Shown one piece after another: positions 21,071 through 31,341 of a DNA stretch of 64,000 bases (positions are counted from its first letter, which is position 1; each line of letters starts with the position of its first letter). Both the position numbers and the translations under genes were made by a program. The stretch is from an uncultured Pseudomonadota bacterium. Its GTDB lineage: Bacteria > Myxococcota_A > Polyangia > Fen-1088. Location: the NCBI GenBank assembly GCA_963847705.1, contig CAWKBC010000032.1, positions 448,001 to 512,000 of the forward strand, written 5' to 3'. Below the pieces are notes generated by a model. It searched no databases. It had not been told where the DNA came from and worked only from the letters and a program-made list of their open reading frames with translations.

Positions 21071-22684
21071 ATGATCACCGTTCAGAACCTCTCCGTCGCG
21101 TTCGGCAGCCAGACCTTGTTCGAAGAGGTGGACGTCAAGTTCACGCCCGGCAATTGCTATGGGCTCATCGGCGCCAACGGCGCCGGAAAGTCGACCTTCC
21201 TGAAGTGCCTGGCGGGCAAGATCGAGTCGACCTCCGGCTCCGTGAGCATCGAGCCGAACAAGCGGCTCAGCATGCTCTCCCAGGATCACTTCGCCTTCAA
21301 CGAGGTGCCGGCCCTGACGGCGGTCATCATGGGTCACAAGGTCCTGCACGCGCTGATGGTGGAGAAGGACGCGCTCTACGCGAAGCCCGACTTCAGCGAG
21401 GCCGACGGCGTGCGCGCCGGTGAGCTGGAGGCCGCGTTCGCCGACCTGGACGGCTGGGACGCCGAAGCCGAGGCTGCCAAGCTGCTGAGCGAGCTGGGCG
21501 TCCCCGCGGCAAAGCACGCTTCGCTCATGAAGGAGCTGGCCGACAGCGAGAAGGTCCGGGTCCTCATGGCCCAGGCGCTGTTCGGCAATCCGGACATCCT
21601 CCTCCTGGACGAGCCCACCAACCACCTGGACGTCGATTCGATCCTCTGGCTGGAGGAGTTCCTGCTCGACTTCCCGAACACCGTGGTCGTCGTCTCGCAC
21701 GACCGGCACTTTCTGGACAAGGTCTGTACCCACATCGCCGACATCGACTTCGGCAAGGTGACGCTCTACTCCGGGAACTACACCTTCTGGTACGAGACCA
21801 GCCAGATGGCGCTCACCCAGCGCTCGAATTCGAACAAGAAGAAGTCTGAGCAGATCGAGGATCTGAAGGCGTTCATCAGACGGTTCAGCGCCAATGCCTC
21901 CAAATCGAGACAGGCCTCCTCGCGAAAAAAGCTGCTCGACAAGATCACGCTGGACGACATCCGGCCGTCCTCCCGCAAGTACCCCTTCATCCAGTTCAAC
22001 GCGGAGCGTGCCCTCGGCAAGGAGGTCGTGAACGTGGAGGGCCTCCGCAAGACCATCGGCGGCGAGGTGCTGTTCGATGGGCTCAGCTTCTCGATCGGCC
22101 GTGGCGAGCGCGTCGCGCTGGTCGGCGACGATCGGGCGATCTCGACCCTCCTCGACATCCTGGCGGGAGAATCCAAGCCCGACGCCGGCACCGTCACCTG
22201 GGGGCGCTCGACTCAGGTCGCCTACTTTCCCAAGGACAACAACACCTACTTCGTCACCGACAAGAGCGTCCTCGAATGGCTGCGCCAGTACGCGCCGGAT
22301 AGCAAGGACGAGACCTCCATCCGCTCGTTCCTGGGCCGCATGCTCTTCACCTCCGACGAGGTTCACAAGAAGGTCGAGGTCCTGTCGGGCGGCGAACGGG
22401 TGCGTTGCATGCTCTCGCAGCTGATGTTGAAGAACCCGAACACCCTCCTCTTGAATCAGCCCACCAACCATCTCGATCTCGAGTCGATCACGGCGCTCAA
22501 CAATGGCCTCTTGAAGAGCGAGGCCTCGATGATCTTCGCCTGCCACGACGTGCAGTTCGTGGAGTCGCTGGCCACCCGGGTCATCGAGCTTGCCGGGAAG
22601 ACCTCCTATGACCTCCGCATGAGCTACGCGGACTATCTGGCAGACGTCGAGAGACTGGCCCGGGTCGGCCGGGCGGTGGCGTGA
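21071..22684 (+). CDS. ABC-F family ATPase (YbiT/YkpA-like) with a degenerate second NBD
   Basis: GANGAGKST, LLDEPTNHLD, YSGNY linker, RKYPFIQF, LSGGE; no TM segments. Confidence 0.92.
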   Translation: MITVQNLSVAFGSQTLFEEVDVKFTPGNCYGLIGANGAGKSTFLKCLAGKIESTSGSVSIEPNKRLSMLSQDHFAFNEVPALTAVIMGHKVLHALMVEKDALYAKPDFSEADGVRAGELEAAFADLDGWDAEAEAAKLLSELGVPAAKHASLMKELADSEKVRVLMAQALFGNPDILLLDEPTNHLDVDSILWLEEFLLDFPNTVVVVSHDRHFLDKVCTHIADIDFGKVTLYSGNYTFWYETSQMALTQRSNSNKKKSEQIEDLKAFIRRFSANASKSRQASSRKKLLDKITLDDIRPSSRKYPFIQFNAERALGKEVVNVEGLRKTIGGEVLFDGLSFSIGRGERVALVGDDRAISTLLDILAGESKPDAGTVTWGRSTQVAYFPKDNNTYFVTDKSVLEWLRQYAPDSKDETSIRSFLGRMLFTSDEVHKKVEVLSGGERVRCMLSQLMLKNPNTLLLNQPTNHLDLESITALNNGLLKSEASMIFACHDVQFVESLATRVIELAGKTSYDLRMSYADYLADVERLARVGRAVA

Positions 22685-22766
22685 GGCGGAGCCTCGAGCT
22701 CGTCTGACCGTCGACAGCCGAACCTTGTTCGATCCGGCGGCCTCACCAGGTGGCACACCTGCGCGC

Positions 22767-23471
22767 TCAGCGCGGACAGGCCGTTGGCTGTCCGTCGAGG
22801 CCCTCGTGCTCGAGGGTGAACGATGCGCTCAGCCTGCCCTCTGATCGTTGCAGCGTCACGACGTAGATGCTGTCGAAGTCGTCTGGCGGCCACTCGGGGA
22901 CCAGGGCGGGATCGGCGCCGCCAGCGGCAACCAGTTGCTTCACCAGCTTGGCCAGGAGGAAGTGCTCCCAGGCGACGAAGATCCGCGCCTGTCCGTAGCG
23001 CGGCTGGAGGAGCTCCCGACGGAGATGACCGATCTGCTGCAACCCCCACTGGGTGTTGACCGGCAGCCCGAACATGATGGCTGTCGGCTCGATGGTCGCC
23101 AGGGGCCGGATGTAGTCGTACTGTTTGCCGGCGTCCTCGATCTGGTGGCTCGGATTCGGGGCGAAGAGAAACTCGGGGACGCCGAACTTGCTCACCAACA
23201 CGACGGGCAGCGCCAGCGCGCGGTTGAGGCCCCGGCAACTGAGCTGCCCCAAGCCGCCAGGAGGCTTCTCGCCGTGCCGGAAGAAGACGATGGTCTCCCC
23301 CGATTCCTTCCCTGCAGCAGTCCCAGGTGCAGCGCCACCATCCGCCGCCGCAGCGAACGCCGGAAGCGCACCCAAGCACGAGAGCGCCGCTCCAAGGCGG
23401 CACGCGCGCTCGAGTGCGCGGCGCCGATGGGTGGTTTTGGTGGCGAGACCGGGAGCTATCAGTCGATGCAT
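22767..23471 (-). CDS. Exported histidine-phosphatase-superfamily protein
   Basis: FRHGEKP, GLNRA, RPLATIEP, WEH; signal-peptide-like N-terminus. Confidence 0.8.
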   Translation of the reverse strand: MHRLIAPGLATKTTHRRRALERACRLGAALSCLGALPAFAAAADGGAAPGTAAGKESGETIVFFRHGEKPPGGLGQLSCRGLNRALALPVVLVSKFGVPEFLFAPNPSHQIEDAGKQYDYIRPLATIEPTAIMFGLPVNTQWGLQQIGHLRRELLQPRYGQARIFVAWEHFLLAKLVKQLVAAGGADPALVPEWPPDDFDSIYVVTLQRSEGRLSASFTLEHEGLDGQPTACPR

Positions 23472-23537
23472 CGCTGCTCACAATAAGGGATCCCGGGCAA
23501 AGGCCAACCCACGGTTCTCTCTCCTGAGTCGCGCTTG

Positions 23538-23776
23538 ATGACCTGGGTGGTCTCGTGGGGCTTGCGGCGCGACGCGTGGTTCAATTTTCAGCTGTCGCCC
23601 GACTTCAGCACCGATGACAACGACGAAAAATGGCAATCGACCCTGGAGACCACCCGGCAGTGGGTGACAGCATCAGCGTTCGGTAACGTATAGGCGTGGT
23701 TCAAGGAATGCTCGCCGGAACAGGGACGACCTACCCCGCGTTCCTGGTCGACTACTGGGTCGAGGGGCTGCAGTAG
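23538..23776 (+). pseudogene. Possible gene remnant (51-aa Trp-rich ORF plus a downstream frame-shifted piece)
   Basis: MTWVVSWGLRRDAWFNFQLSPDF...GNV* (23538-23693), then MLAGTGTTYPAFLVDYWVEGLQ* in another frame; coding-like codon usage. Confidence 0.25.
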
Positions 23777-23843
23777 GGCCCTCCGCCGCGCGCCTGCTCG
23801 AACCGGGCGCCGGACGGACGTCGGACATCGGCCCCCTGGAGCC

Positions 23844-25094
23844 TCAGGCGTAAGGCGGCGCGCGCCTCGGCGACGGTGGCGCCAACCTGCCGAGCGTCGT
23901 CCGCAGCACGCGCATCGGCCCCGCCAGATGCCGCGCCAGCGCCGGCGCAGCGTAGGCGGCTCCCACCACGAAGCGAAACAGCGGCCCGAACGAGAGGGCG
24001 GTGACGGGCCCGATGAAGTAGGCACCCGGGACCGACGATTCGAAGTTCATCGACAGCGCGGGCCCGCGCTCCAGGCGCTTCAGGCGCCGGCGCAGCTCGG
24101 GATCGAGATAGGCGATGCGATCGACATCGGCCACGTAGCCGGTCCCCGCGATGACATGATCGACCTCGAGGTCGCTCTCCCCCGCGCCCTCCTGCCGGAT
24201 TCGGAGGCGGATCCGGCTGCCGATCCGTTCGGCGCCCACCAGGGTCGTGCGCACCACGAAGGGGACCTTCCCCTCGACGCGCTCCTGAATCCACCAGGGT
24301 GCCGCCGGGCCCAGGTGGTGCTTGACGAAGCGGATCCGCGGCCCCTCGGGCACGAAGTGGAGCGCCAGCGGCGCGATCTCGAGCGCCCGGCTCTTGAGCC
24401 CGTAACCCAACCCCGAGATGGGATTGCGCAGACGCGCCAACAGGGGACGGTCGCGCGGGGTGCGCCCGTGGAAGACACCCGCTGGGCCGCGCACCAGGAT
24501 CTGGGCCCGACCACCTGCCTCGTGGACCATCGCGCCGGCCTCGATGGCGGAGGCGCCGGCCCCCACCACCGCCACCGATTGACCGCGGAACCGCTCGAAG
24601 TCGGTGTGAACGAACGTGTGACTCGCCAGCTCCCCGGGGAGGTGCTGGAGGCACTCGGGCATGTGCGCGAGGTGGGTGAGGCCGGTGGCGAAGACCACCC
24701 GCCGGGCGCGCGCCTGTTCGCCATCCGCCAGGGTCAGCGCGAACCGTCCGTCCCCCAGCAGCTTGACGGTCGTGACCTCCTGCGCTTCGAGATCGGGGAC
24801 GAAGCGCTGCTGGATCGAGAGGCCGTAGGTCGCGAAAGACTCCATCGTGCACGGCTCGTGGTTTTCGAGGCCGTTGAGGTCGCACCAGGCGGGGAAGGTG
24901 TGCCCTTTCGCGGGGACGTAGATGTTGGTGGCGAACGCCAGCGATTTGAGGTTGATGCCGCGGGGCATGTCCCGCCAGAACTTCATCGGCGGCCCGAAGA
25001 TGCGGAGCTCGACCCCCAGCGCGCGAAGCTGCGCGGCGAGGGAGAGGGCGTAGGGCCCGGAGCCGACGATCGCTACGTCCGATTCTTGTGCCAC
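23844..25094 (-). CDS. FAD/NAD(P)H-dependent oxidoreductase (class B monooxygenase/pyridine-nucleotide-like)
   Basis: GSGPYA, ATG, GAGASA, AGTGY, FESSVPGAYF, FGPLFRFV; GGAGG RBS. Confidence 0.88.
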   Translation of the reverse strand: MAQESDVAIVGSGPYALSLAAQLRALGVELRIFGPPMKFWRDMPRGINLKSLAFATNIYVPAKGHTFPAWCDLNGLENHEPCTMESFATYGLSIQQRFVPDLEAQEVTTVKLLGDGRFALTLADGEQARARRVVFATGLTHLAHMPECLQHLPGELASHTFVHTDFERFRGQSVAVVGAGASAIEAGAMVHEAGGRAQILVRGPAGVFHGRTPRDRPLLARLRNPISGLGYGLKSRALEIAPLALHFVPEGPRIRFVKHHLGPAAPWWIQERVEGKVPFVVRTTLVGAERIGSRIRLRIRQEGAGESDLEVDHVIAGTGYVADVDRIAYLDPELRRRLKRLERGPALSMNFESSVPGAYFIGPVTALSFGPLFRFVVGAAYAAPALARHLAGPMRVLRTTLGRLAPPSPRRAPPYA

Positions 25095-25138
25095 GGAGAC
25101 CTCCTACCTTCGCACGAATCCGGCTCGAACCGCGACGC

Positions 25139-26558
25139 TCACGGATCCTGCTTCGTCGGGCTGAGTCTCCGGTAGAGCAACCGCAGACCGGGCAAGAGCT
25201 CGGCGGCCGCGTGGACCACGCCGGGCGCCCAGTCGATCGGATTCCGCCGAAGCGTCCGCCGCCGTGAGGCGGTTCGCCCGGTACCAGGCTCGCCAGCGGG
25301 CGTACTCGGCGCTCGACATCGAGCGGCTGGCCCGCTGCGCGGCGAGCAGCAGCTGGAACACGAACCGATGCGCGTAGATCGTCGCGCCGTCGGTCGCGCC
25401 CTCGGCCGACGCCAGGCAGGCGCGCAGCGCGTCGGTATCTCCGATCGCGGCGTAGTAGACCGACAGCGCGAGCGGCAGACCCCGCGCGGTCTCGAACCCC
25501 ATCTGCCCATAGAAGCGGGGGTTCATGTCGATCACCTTCGCGCAATTCCCCTCGCGCAGGAACTCGACCTCGAAGACCCCGAAGTGCCGAAGCGCCCGGC
25601 AGAGGCGCAAGACCCCGGCCGCCAGGGCGGGATCGACCGGCGCCGACTCGAAGCAGAGCCCCAGCCCGACCGGCCGGGTGCGCTGGAAGACCTTGACGGC
25701 GCCACGGGTCGCCGACAGAGCGCCGCTGCGATCGACGAACCCGGTCAGCGAATAGACGCGCTCCGCCGCGAGGGGCAGGTAACGCTGAATCATCGGCTGG
25801 CTGACGTCTCCGAAGTAGGGCTCGAGCCCCGGCCGGTACGGCTGGCTGGCCAGGAACCGTCGGTAGGCCGGGAGCAGGCCGGCCGCCTCGTCCACCACGA
25901 TCCCCTTGGTTTGCCGGACCTGCCGGACCTGGGTCCGCACCTTCAGCAGCAGCGGAAAGGTCGCCTCGCGAGCGATGCGTGCGACGTCCGCCTCGTTCTC
26001 GGGAAACCAGCTCTCGAGTCCTTCGAGACCGACCGACCGGCAAGCCGCGAGGAGCTTTCGCTTGTCGAGCACGTCGACCATGGTCGTGATGCTGGGCTGG
26101 TAGAGATAGAAGTGCTGCTCGAGCTGTTCGAGATGAGCGGAGAACAGGAACGCCAGATCGTCGCTGGGCGCATAGAGGAAGTGCCGCGGCTCTCGGCGCC
26201 CGAACGCGAGGAGCCACTCCAGCAGCCGCTCTTTGTCCGGGACCGGCGGACAGGGGAGCCAGCGGGTCGCGTAGCGCGACCAGCGCGCGGGCGCCAGCCA
26301 CCCTTGCCCCGCCACCGTGACGGGGATTCCACGTGCGCCCAGCGCCCGCACCGCGGCCAGCGTGCCCCCGTAGGTCGGCATCAACGCCAGAAAGGGGACC
26401 GCCTCGCTGCGTTCGTGGCCTCCGGCACCGCCGGGCAGGCTGGGATTTTGGCTCAACGAAGGGATGCTCACGAGATTGTCACCTTCGGCGGAGGGGACCG
26501 CAACTGGACTGCCGGTTGAGGTTCGGGCGCCGGGTCGACCGGGATTGATCCGCCGCAC
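25139..26558 (-). CDS. ATP-grasp (carboxylate-amine/D-aspartate-ligase-like) protein; +1 frameshift near 25240-25244
   Basis: LAAVRALG, SRY, LDK, FPLLLK, IQRYLP, FEVEF, DMNPRF. Deleting one base in GATTC gives ...ASADPIDWAPG... ending at 25139. Start codon uncertain. Confidence 0.8.
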
Positions 26559-26784
26559 ACCTCGTAGGCGTCAGTTGCACATGTAGCTAGCGTTGACGAC
26601 GTGGCAAACGTCCTGACCGAAGACCTGATGGCAGCACCACTGGGAGTGGCGCTGCCGGCCGGTGGCTGTGATCTGGGCGAGCGCCAGCATCAATGGCAAT
26701 TGACGATGGAGCCGTGCGTCGGATCGCATACTGAGATTGTTGATCCGTTTGGCCGGCGCGTCGACCGGCAAGCTGCTGCTGCAC

Positions 26785-28671
26785 CTACCGGCGCTGGCCG
26801 ACGCTCTTGAGCTGCGTGAGATCGCGGACCGCGCCGCGGGCGGCGCTGGTGGTCATGAGGGCGTACCCGCGCAGCGCCTCCGAGACCACGCGGTCACGGT
26901 TGGGGCGCCAGGCGTCGGCGCCCCGCGCCTCCATCGCGGCGCGCCGCTTTCCGAGGGTGGAGGCGTCGACCACCACGTCGATGCGGCGGCCCGGAATGTC
27001 GATGCGGATGCGATCGCCCTCCTCGATCAACCCGATCGCGCCCCCCTCGCCCGCCTCGGGCGACACGTGGCCGATGCTGAGCCCGGAGGTCCCCCCCGAG
27101 AACCGGCCATCGGTGATGAGCGCGCAGGCCTTGCCGAGGCCCTTCCCCTTGAGGAACGAGGTCGGATACAGCATCTCCTGCATGCCGGGCCCCCCCTTCG
27201 GCCCTTCGTAGACGATCACCACCACGTCCCCCGCGTGGATTTTATCGCCGGTGATCGCGTCACAGGCCGCCTCCTGCGACTGGAAGACCCGCGCCGGGCC
27301 CTCGAACCTCCAGATCGACTCGTCGACCCCCGCGGTCTTCACGATGCAGCCGTCCTCGGCCAGGTTGCCGTAGAGCACGGCCAGCCCGCCCTCTTTGCTG
27401 TAGGCATGCGGGACGTCGCGGATGCAGCCCTTCTCGACGTCCCGGTCGGCGGTGGCGAAGTACTTGTCCTGCGAGAAGGCGACCTTGGTCGGGACGCCGC
27501 CCGGCGCGGCCAGCGCGCGCTGGTGGGCCTCGGCGGTGGCGGTCGGGCGCCGGATGTCGGCGGTGTCGAGCGCGGCCCCCATGGTCGGCGCATGCACGGT
27601 CCTGGCCTCGCGGTGGATGAGCCCGGCCCTGTCGAGCTCCCCCAGGATCGTGAAGACGCCCCCGGCCCGGTGCACGTCCTCGACGTGATAGTGGGACGAG
27701 GGGGCCACCTTGCAGATGTTGGGCACCCGGCGGGAGAGGCGATCGATGTCCGCCATCGTGAAGTCCACCCCCGCCTCGTGGGCGATGGCCAGGATGTGCA
27801 GCACCGTGTTGGTCGAGCCCCCCATGGCGATGTCCAGCGCCATGGCGTTCTCGAACGCTTCGAACGTGGCGACGCCGCGGGGGAGGATCGTGTTGTCGCC
27901 CTCGACGTAATGCCGATTGGCGAGGGCGACGATCTGTTTGCCGGCCGCCTCGAACAGCTCCCAGCGCCGCGCGTGGGTTGCCAGCAAGGTGCCGTTGCCG
28001 GGGAGCGCCAGCCCGAGCGCCTCGTTGAGGCAGTTCATGCTGTTCGCCGTGAACATCCCCGAGCAGGAGCCGCAGGTGGGGCAAGCGGAGCGTTCCATCT
28101 CGCCCAGCTCCGCGTCCGACACCTTCGAATCGGTGGCCGCGATCATCGAGTCGATGAGGTCGAGCTTGCGGACGATCGGCTTTCCGTCGCGGCCGTGGGT
28201 CCCGGTCATCTTGCCGGCCTCCATCGGACCGCCCGACACGAAGATGGTGGGGATGTTGAGGCGCATCGCGGCCATCAGCATCCCGGGCGTGATCTTGTCG
28301 CAATTGGAGATGCAGACCAGCGCGTCGGCGCAGTGGCCATTCACCATATACTCCACGCTGTCGGCGATGAGATCGCGGCTGGGCAGCGAGTACAGCATGC
28401 CGCCGTGACCCATGGCGATGCCGTCGTCGATGGCGATGGTGTTGAACTCCACCCCCCAGCCCCCGGCCGCGTCGATCACCGTCTTCACCTTCTGCCCGAC
28501 GTCGTGGAGGTGCACGTGTCCAGGGACGAACTGGGTGAAGCTGTTGGCGATGGCGACGATCGGCTTTTCGAAGTCCGCGTCGGTCATGCCGGTCGCACGC
28601 CACAGCGAGCGCGCCCCCGCCATGTTTCGGCCCTGGGTGGAGGTCCGGCTGCGATAACCCTTGGTGCTCAT
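26785..28671 (-). CDS. ilvD: Dihydroxy-acid dehydratase
   Basis: [68 protein letters not shown]. Confidence 0.97.
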   Translation of the reverse strand: MSTKGYRSRTSTQGRNMAGARSLWRATGMTDADFEKPIVAIANSFTQFVPGHVHLHDVGQKVKTVIDAAGGWGVEFNTIAIDDGIAMGHGGMLYSLPSRDLIADSVEYMVNGHCADALVCISNCDKITPGMLMAAMRLNIPTIFVSGGPMEAGKMTGTHGRDGKPIVRKLDLIDSMIAATDSKVSDAELGEMERSACPTCGSCSGMFTANSMNCLNEALGLALPGNGTLLATHARRWELFEAAGKQIVALANRHYVEGDNTILPRGVATFEAFENAMALDIAMGGSTNTVLHILAIAHEAGVDFTMADIDRLSRRVPNICKVAPSSHYHVEDVHRAGGVFTILGELDRAGLIHREARTVHAPTMGAALDTADIRRPTATAEAHQRALAAPGGVPTKVAFSQDKYFATADRDVEKGCIRDVPHAYSKEGGLAVLYGNLAEDGCIVKTAGVDESIWRFEGPARVFQSQEAACDAITGDKIHAGDVVVIVYEGPKGGPGMQEMLYPTSFLKGKGLGKACALITDGRFSGGTSGLSIGHVSPEAGEGGAIGLIEEGDRIRIDIPGRRIDVVVDASTLGKRRAAMEARGADAWRPNRDRVVSEALRGYALMTTSAARGAVRDLTQLKSVGQRR

Positions 28672-28719
28672 CCCCCCTAGTCTGCCGGATCTTGGCGACA
28701 GAAGGGAATCGGGACTCGA

Positions 28720-29361
28720 TCACTTGCGGGCCGGGCCCTTCCAGCGCGCGGCTCCGGTCAGCAGCGCCGTCAGCGTCGCAGGCACGACGGCGGTCAGCTT
28801 GTCGGGTGAGGTCGCAAAGGTACGGTGCGCGCGGGCCAGCGGACCATCGAGCAGCAGCGACGCCAGCCCGTGCACGGCAGCCCAGCAGGTGAGGACCAGC
28901 GGTCTGGGGTCGCCCGCCGGGGCCAGCCCGCCCGCCTGCGCTTCGATGATCGCGGCGGTCAGCGTGTCGAGCGCCGGCGTCGACGACTCGGCCACGCCGG
29001 CCTCGGCGCCGGGTCCGGTCAGCTCTGGCCGGAACATCAACTTGAAGCGCGCGGGGGACTTGAGCGCGAAGCGGATGTAAGAGAGGCCGCAGGCCTCGAG
29101 GCGGGCCCGCGCATCGGGCGCGGCGGCGCGCGCGTCGACCATCTCCTGGGCCAACACCGCGAAGCCCTCCTCGACCAGCGCGGCGAGCAAGCTGCCCCGA
29201 TCTTTGAAGTGGTGGTAGGGGGCGTTGTGGCTGACCCCGGCCTTGCGCGCCACCTCCCGCAGGCTGAGCGCGCCGATGCCCGACTCGTCGATGAGGGCCA
29301 GGCTGGCCTGGAGCAGGACGCGCCGGAGATCGCCGTGGTGGTAGGCGGTTCGTTTGCTCAT
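28720..29361 (-). CDS. TetR family regulator (YHHGDLR type, WHG-like C-terminus)
   Basis: YHHGDLR, LSLREVARKAGVSHNAPYHHF, WAAVHGLASL. Confidence 0.92.
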   Translation of the reverse strand: MSKRTAYHHGDLRRVLLQASLALIDESGIGALSLREVARKAGVSHNAPYHHFKDRGSLLAALVEEGFAVLAQEMVDARAAAPDARARLEACGLSYIRFALKSPARFKLMFRPELTGPGAEAGVAESSTPALDTLTAAIIEAQAGGLAPAGDPRPLVLTCWAAVHGLASLLLDGPLARAHRTFATSPDKLTAVVPATLTALLTGAARWKGPARK

Positions 29362-29384
29362 CGTCTCTCGATGTTGTGCGGTCC

Positions 29385-29450
29385 ATCTGGGCAATGTCAA
29401 CTTTCATGTTGACAGCGTCCAGATGGGGCCTATCTTGACAGCGTCCAGAT
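29385..29450. promoter_or_regulatory. Three TetR operator-like boxes
   Basis: TTGACAGCGTCCAGAT at 29409 and 29435; inverted variant ATCTGGGCAATGTCAA at 29385. Confidence 0.75.
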
Positions 29451-29463
29451 AAGGAGAACCGCC

Positions 29464-31341
29464 ATGACCACCGTCCATCAGCTCGCCGCCAGCTTGGCCG
29501 TCTCATCCCTGCTGGCAGGCTGCGCCAGCGTCCCGCCGCCAGCGAAGCCGGCGATGACCCAGCAACGCCCGCTCGCCTCGCTGCTCGAGGCCGCGGCCTA
29601 CCCCAACTCCGAGACCGTCGTGGTCCTGACCACCATGCAGCAGCTCCTGGCCAGCCACCGCGAGTGGGAGGGCTACCAATACTTCGGGCGGCTCGCCGTC
29701 GAGCAGCCGGCCCGCGCCCCGCTCTTCCGGGCCTTGCAGGGCACCATGCAGGCCCGGGTGGCCAACCAGGTCCCGCTGCTCAGGCGGATCGCCTGGGTCG
29801 AGGACGCCATCCGCAAGCTGGACGAAGGCGTCGCCGCCGATCCGGTGCTGGGCCGATTTGCGCGTGGGCTGGTGTTCGCCGACCTCCCGCCCCGCTTCGG
29901 CAAGGCCCAGGCCGCGATCGACGACCTCGAATTCTCGCTCGCCCACCGGGCTCAGTTTCCATTCGGGTTCGAGCGCGGCATCTACCGCGCCCTCGCGGCG
30001 GCTTATCGCACGCTGGGCGACGAGCAGCGCTCCCGGGAGATGCTGGTGCGCGCGGGGCTCGGCTCTCTCGACGACCCCACCACGCCACCGGTGCTCGGAA
30101 ACATCTCGGTGGATGGGGCCCATGGCTTCCGCTTCGGTGAGAGGCGCCTGGTTCGCGAGGCCGAGGGGGTCTACGTCGCCGAGGGCTACGACTTCTCGAA
30201 CCTGGTGTTCTTCGTTTCGCCCGAGATGGTGGTGGCGGTCGACGCCGGCACCACCGAAGAGACCGCGCGCGAGGCGGTGGCGGCGTTGCGCCAGGTGACG
30301 CGCGCCCCGATCAAGTACGTCATCCTCACCCACGGCCACTGGGACCACGTGGGAGGCCTCGGCGCCGTCCGCGAGCCGGGCACGACGGTCATCGCCCGCG
30401 CCGGCTTCGCCGAGGAGCTCGCGCGCTCGCGCAGCTATCAGCCACCGTTCCGGTACTTCTTCGGCACCGGCACCATGAAGCTGGACGTGAAGCCCGACCG
30501 GCTGATCGCCGCCCCCGAGACGCTGACCGAGGGGGGCCTGGACCTGCGCCTCATTCCGGCCCCCAGCGGGGAGACCCCCGACGCGCTCTTCATCCAGGAC
30601 CGCAAGCACGACCTCCTGGTGGTGGGCGACGCCTTCATGCCCTATCTCGGGGCGCCCTTCGTCGCCGAGGGCTCGCCCGAGGGTTTCTTGGGCGCGATCG
30701 ATCTGGTGTTGCAGCTGCACCCGCACCGCCTGATCCATGGTCACACCCCGCTCACCGAGACGTTCACCATCGACGCCATGCCCGGACTGCGTGAGGCGAT
30801 GGGGGCGCTCTACGCGCGGAGCCTGGTCGCGGCGCGCGCCGCCCGGCCGCTCGCGGACCTCCTGCATGATGATTTCCTGCCCGCCTCGTTGCGCGCCGCG
30901 CCCGCCGCAGTGCAGCCCTATCTGGTCGCGCGCGACACCTTCGTGCAGCGGCTCTACAGCGAGCACGCCGGCTACTGGCGCGCCAACGGCGAGGGCATCG
31001 ACGCCTTCACGCGCGGCGAGTGGGCCGGCGCTCTCGAGGAGCTGGGCGGCGGCGGCGACGCGCCGTTCGTCCGCACGGCGCGCCAGCTCGAAGCGCGCGG
31101 CGACGCGGCGCTGGCCCTGCAGATCGTGGAGCTGGGGCTGGCCCGCCACCCGGAGAGCGCGCCCCTCCAGGACACACGCGCGCGCGTGCTGACCACGCTG
31201 CGCGACATCTATTCGCAGACCAATCCCTTCCGCTTCATCGTTTACTCCGAGCTCGCAGGCCGAGGCCTGGCGCCCGTGGCACTCCCACCAGCGGCGCCCG
31301 CCGCCGCGACGGTCGCCCGTTCGTCGGGGGAGAGACCGTGA
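29464..31341 (+). CDS. Lipoprotein: TPR-like N-terminus fused to an MBL-fold hydrolase (alkylsulfatase-like)
   Basis: LLAGC lipobox; THGHWDH, GETPD, HGH; AAGGAG RBS. Confidence 0.85.
   Translation: MTTVHQLAASLAVSSLLAGCASVPPPAKPAMTQQRPLASLLEAAAYPNSETVVVLTTMQQLLASHREWEGYQYFGRLAVEQPARAPLFRALQGTMQARVANQVPLLRRIAWVEDAIRKLDEGVAADPVLGRFARGLVFADLPPRFGKAQAAIDDLEFSLAHRAQFPFGFERGIYRALAAAYRTLGDEQRSREMLVRAGLGSLDDPTTPPVLGNISVDGAHGFRFGERRLVREAEGVYVAEGYDFSNLVFFVSPEMVVAVDAGTTEETAREAVAALRQVTRAPIKYVILTHGHWDHVGGLGAVREPGTTVIARAGFAEELARSRSYQPPFRYFFGTGTMKLDVKPDRLIAAPETLTEGGLDLRLIPAPSGETPDALFIQDRKHDLLVVGDAFMPYLGAPFVAEGSPEGFLGAIDLVLQLHPHRLIHGHTPLTETFTIDAMPGLREAMGALYARSLVAARAARPLADLLHDDFLPASLRAAPAAVQPYLVARDTFVQRLYSEHAGYWRANGEGIDAFTRGEWAGALEELGGGGDAPFVRTARQLEARGDAALALQIVELGLARHPESAPLQDTRARVLTTLRDIYSQTNPFRFIVYSELAGRGLAPVALPPAAPAAATVARSSGERP

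Noticed and set aside
23574-23704. GGTTCAA copies as an attR duplicate of the tRNA-Pro T-arm
   Set aside because: The match is only about 7 bp and the flanks differ from ATCCTCTCGCCCCG.
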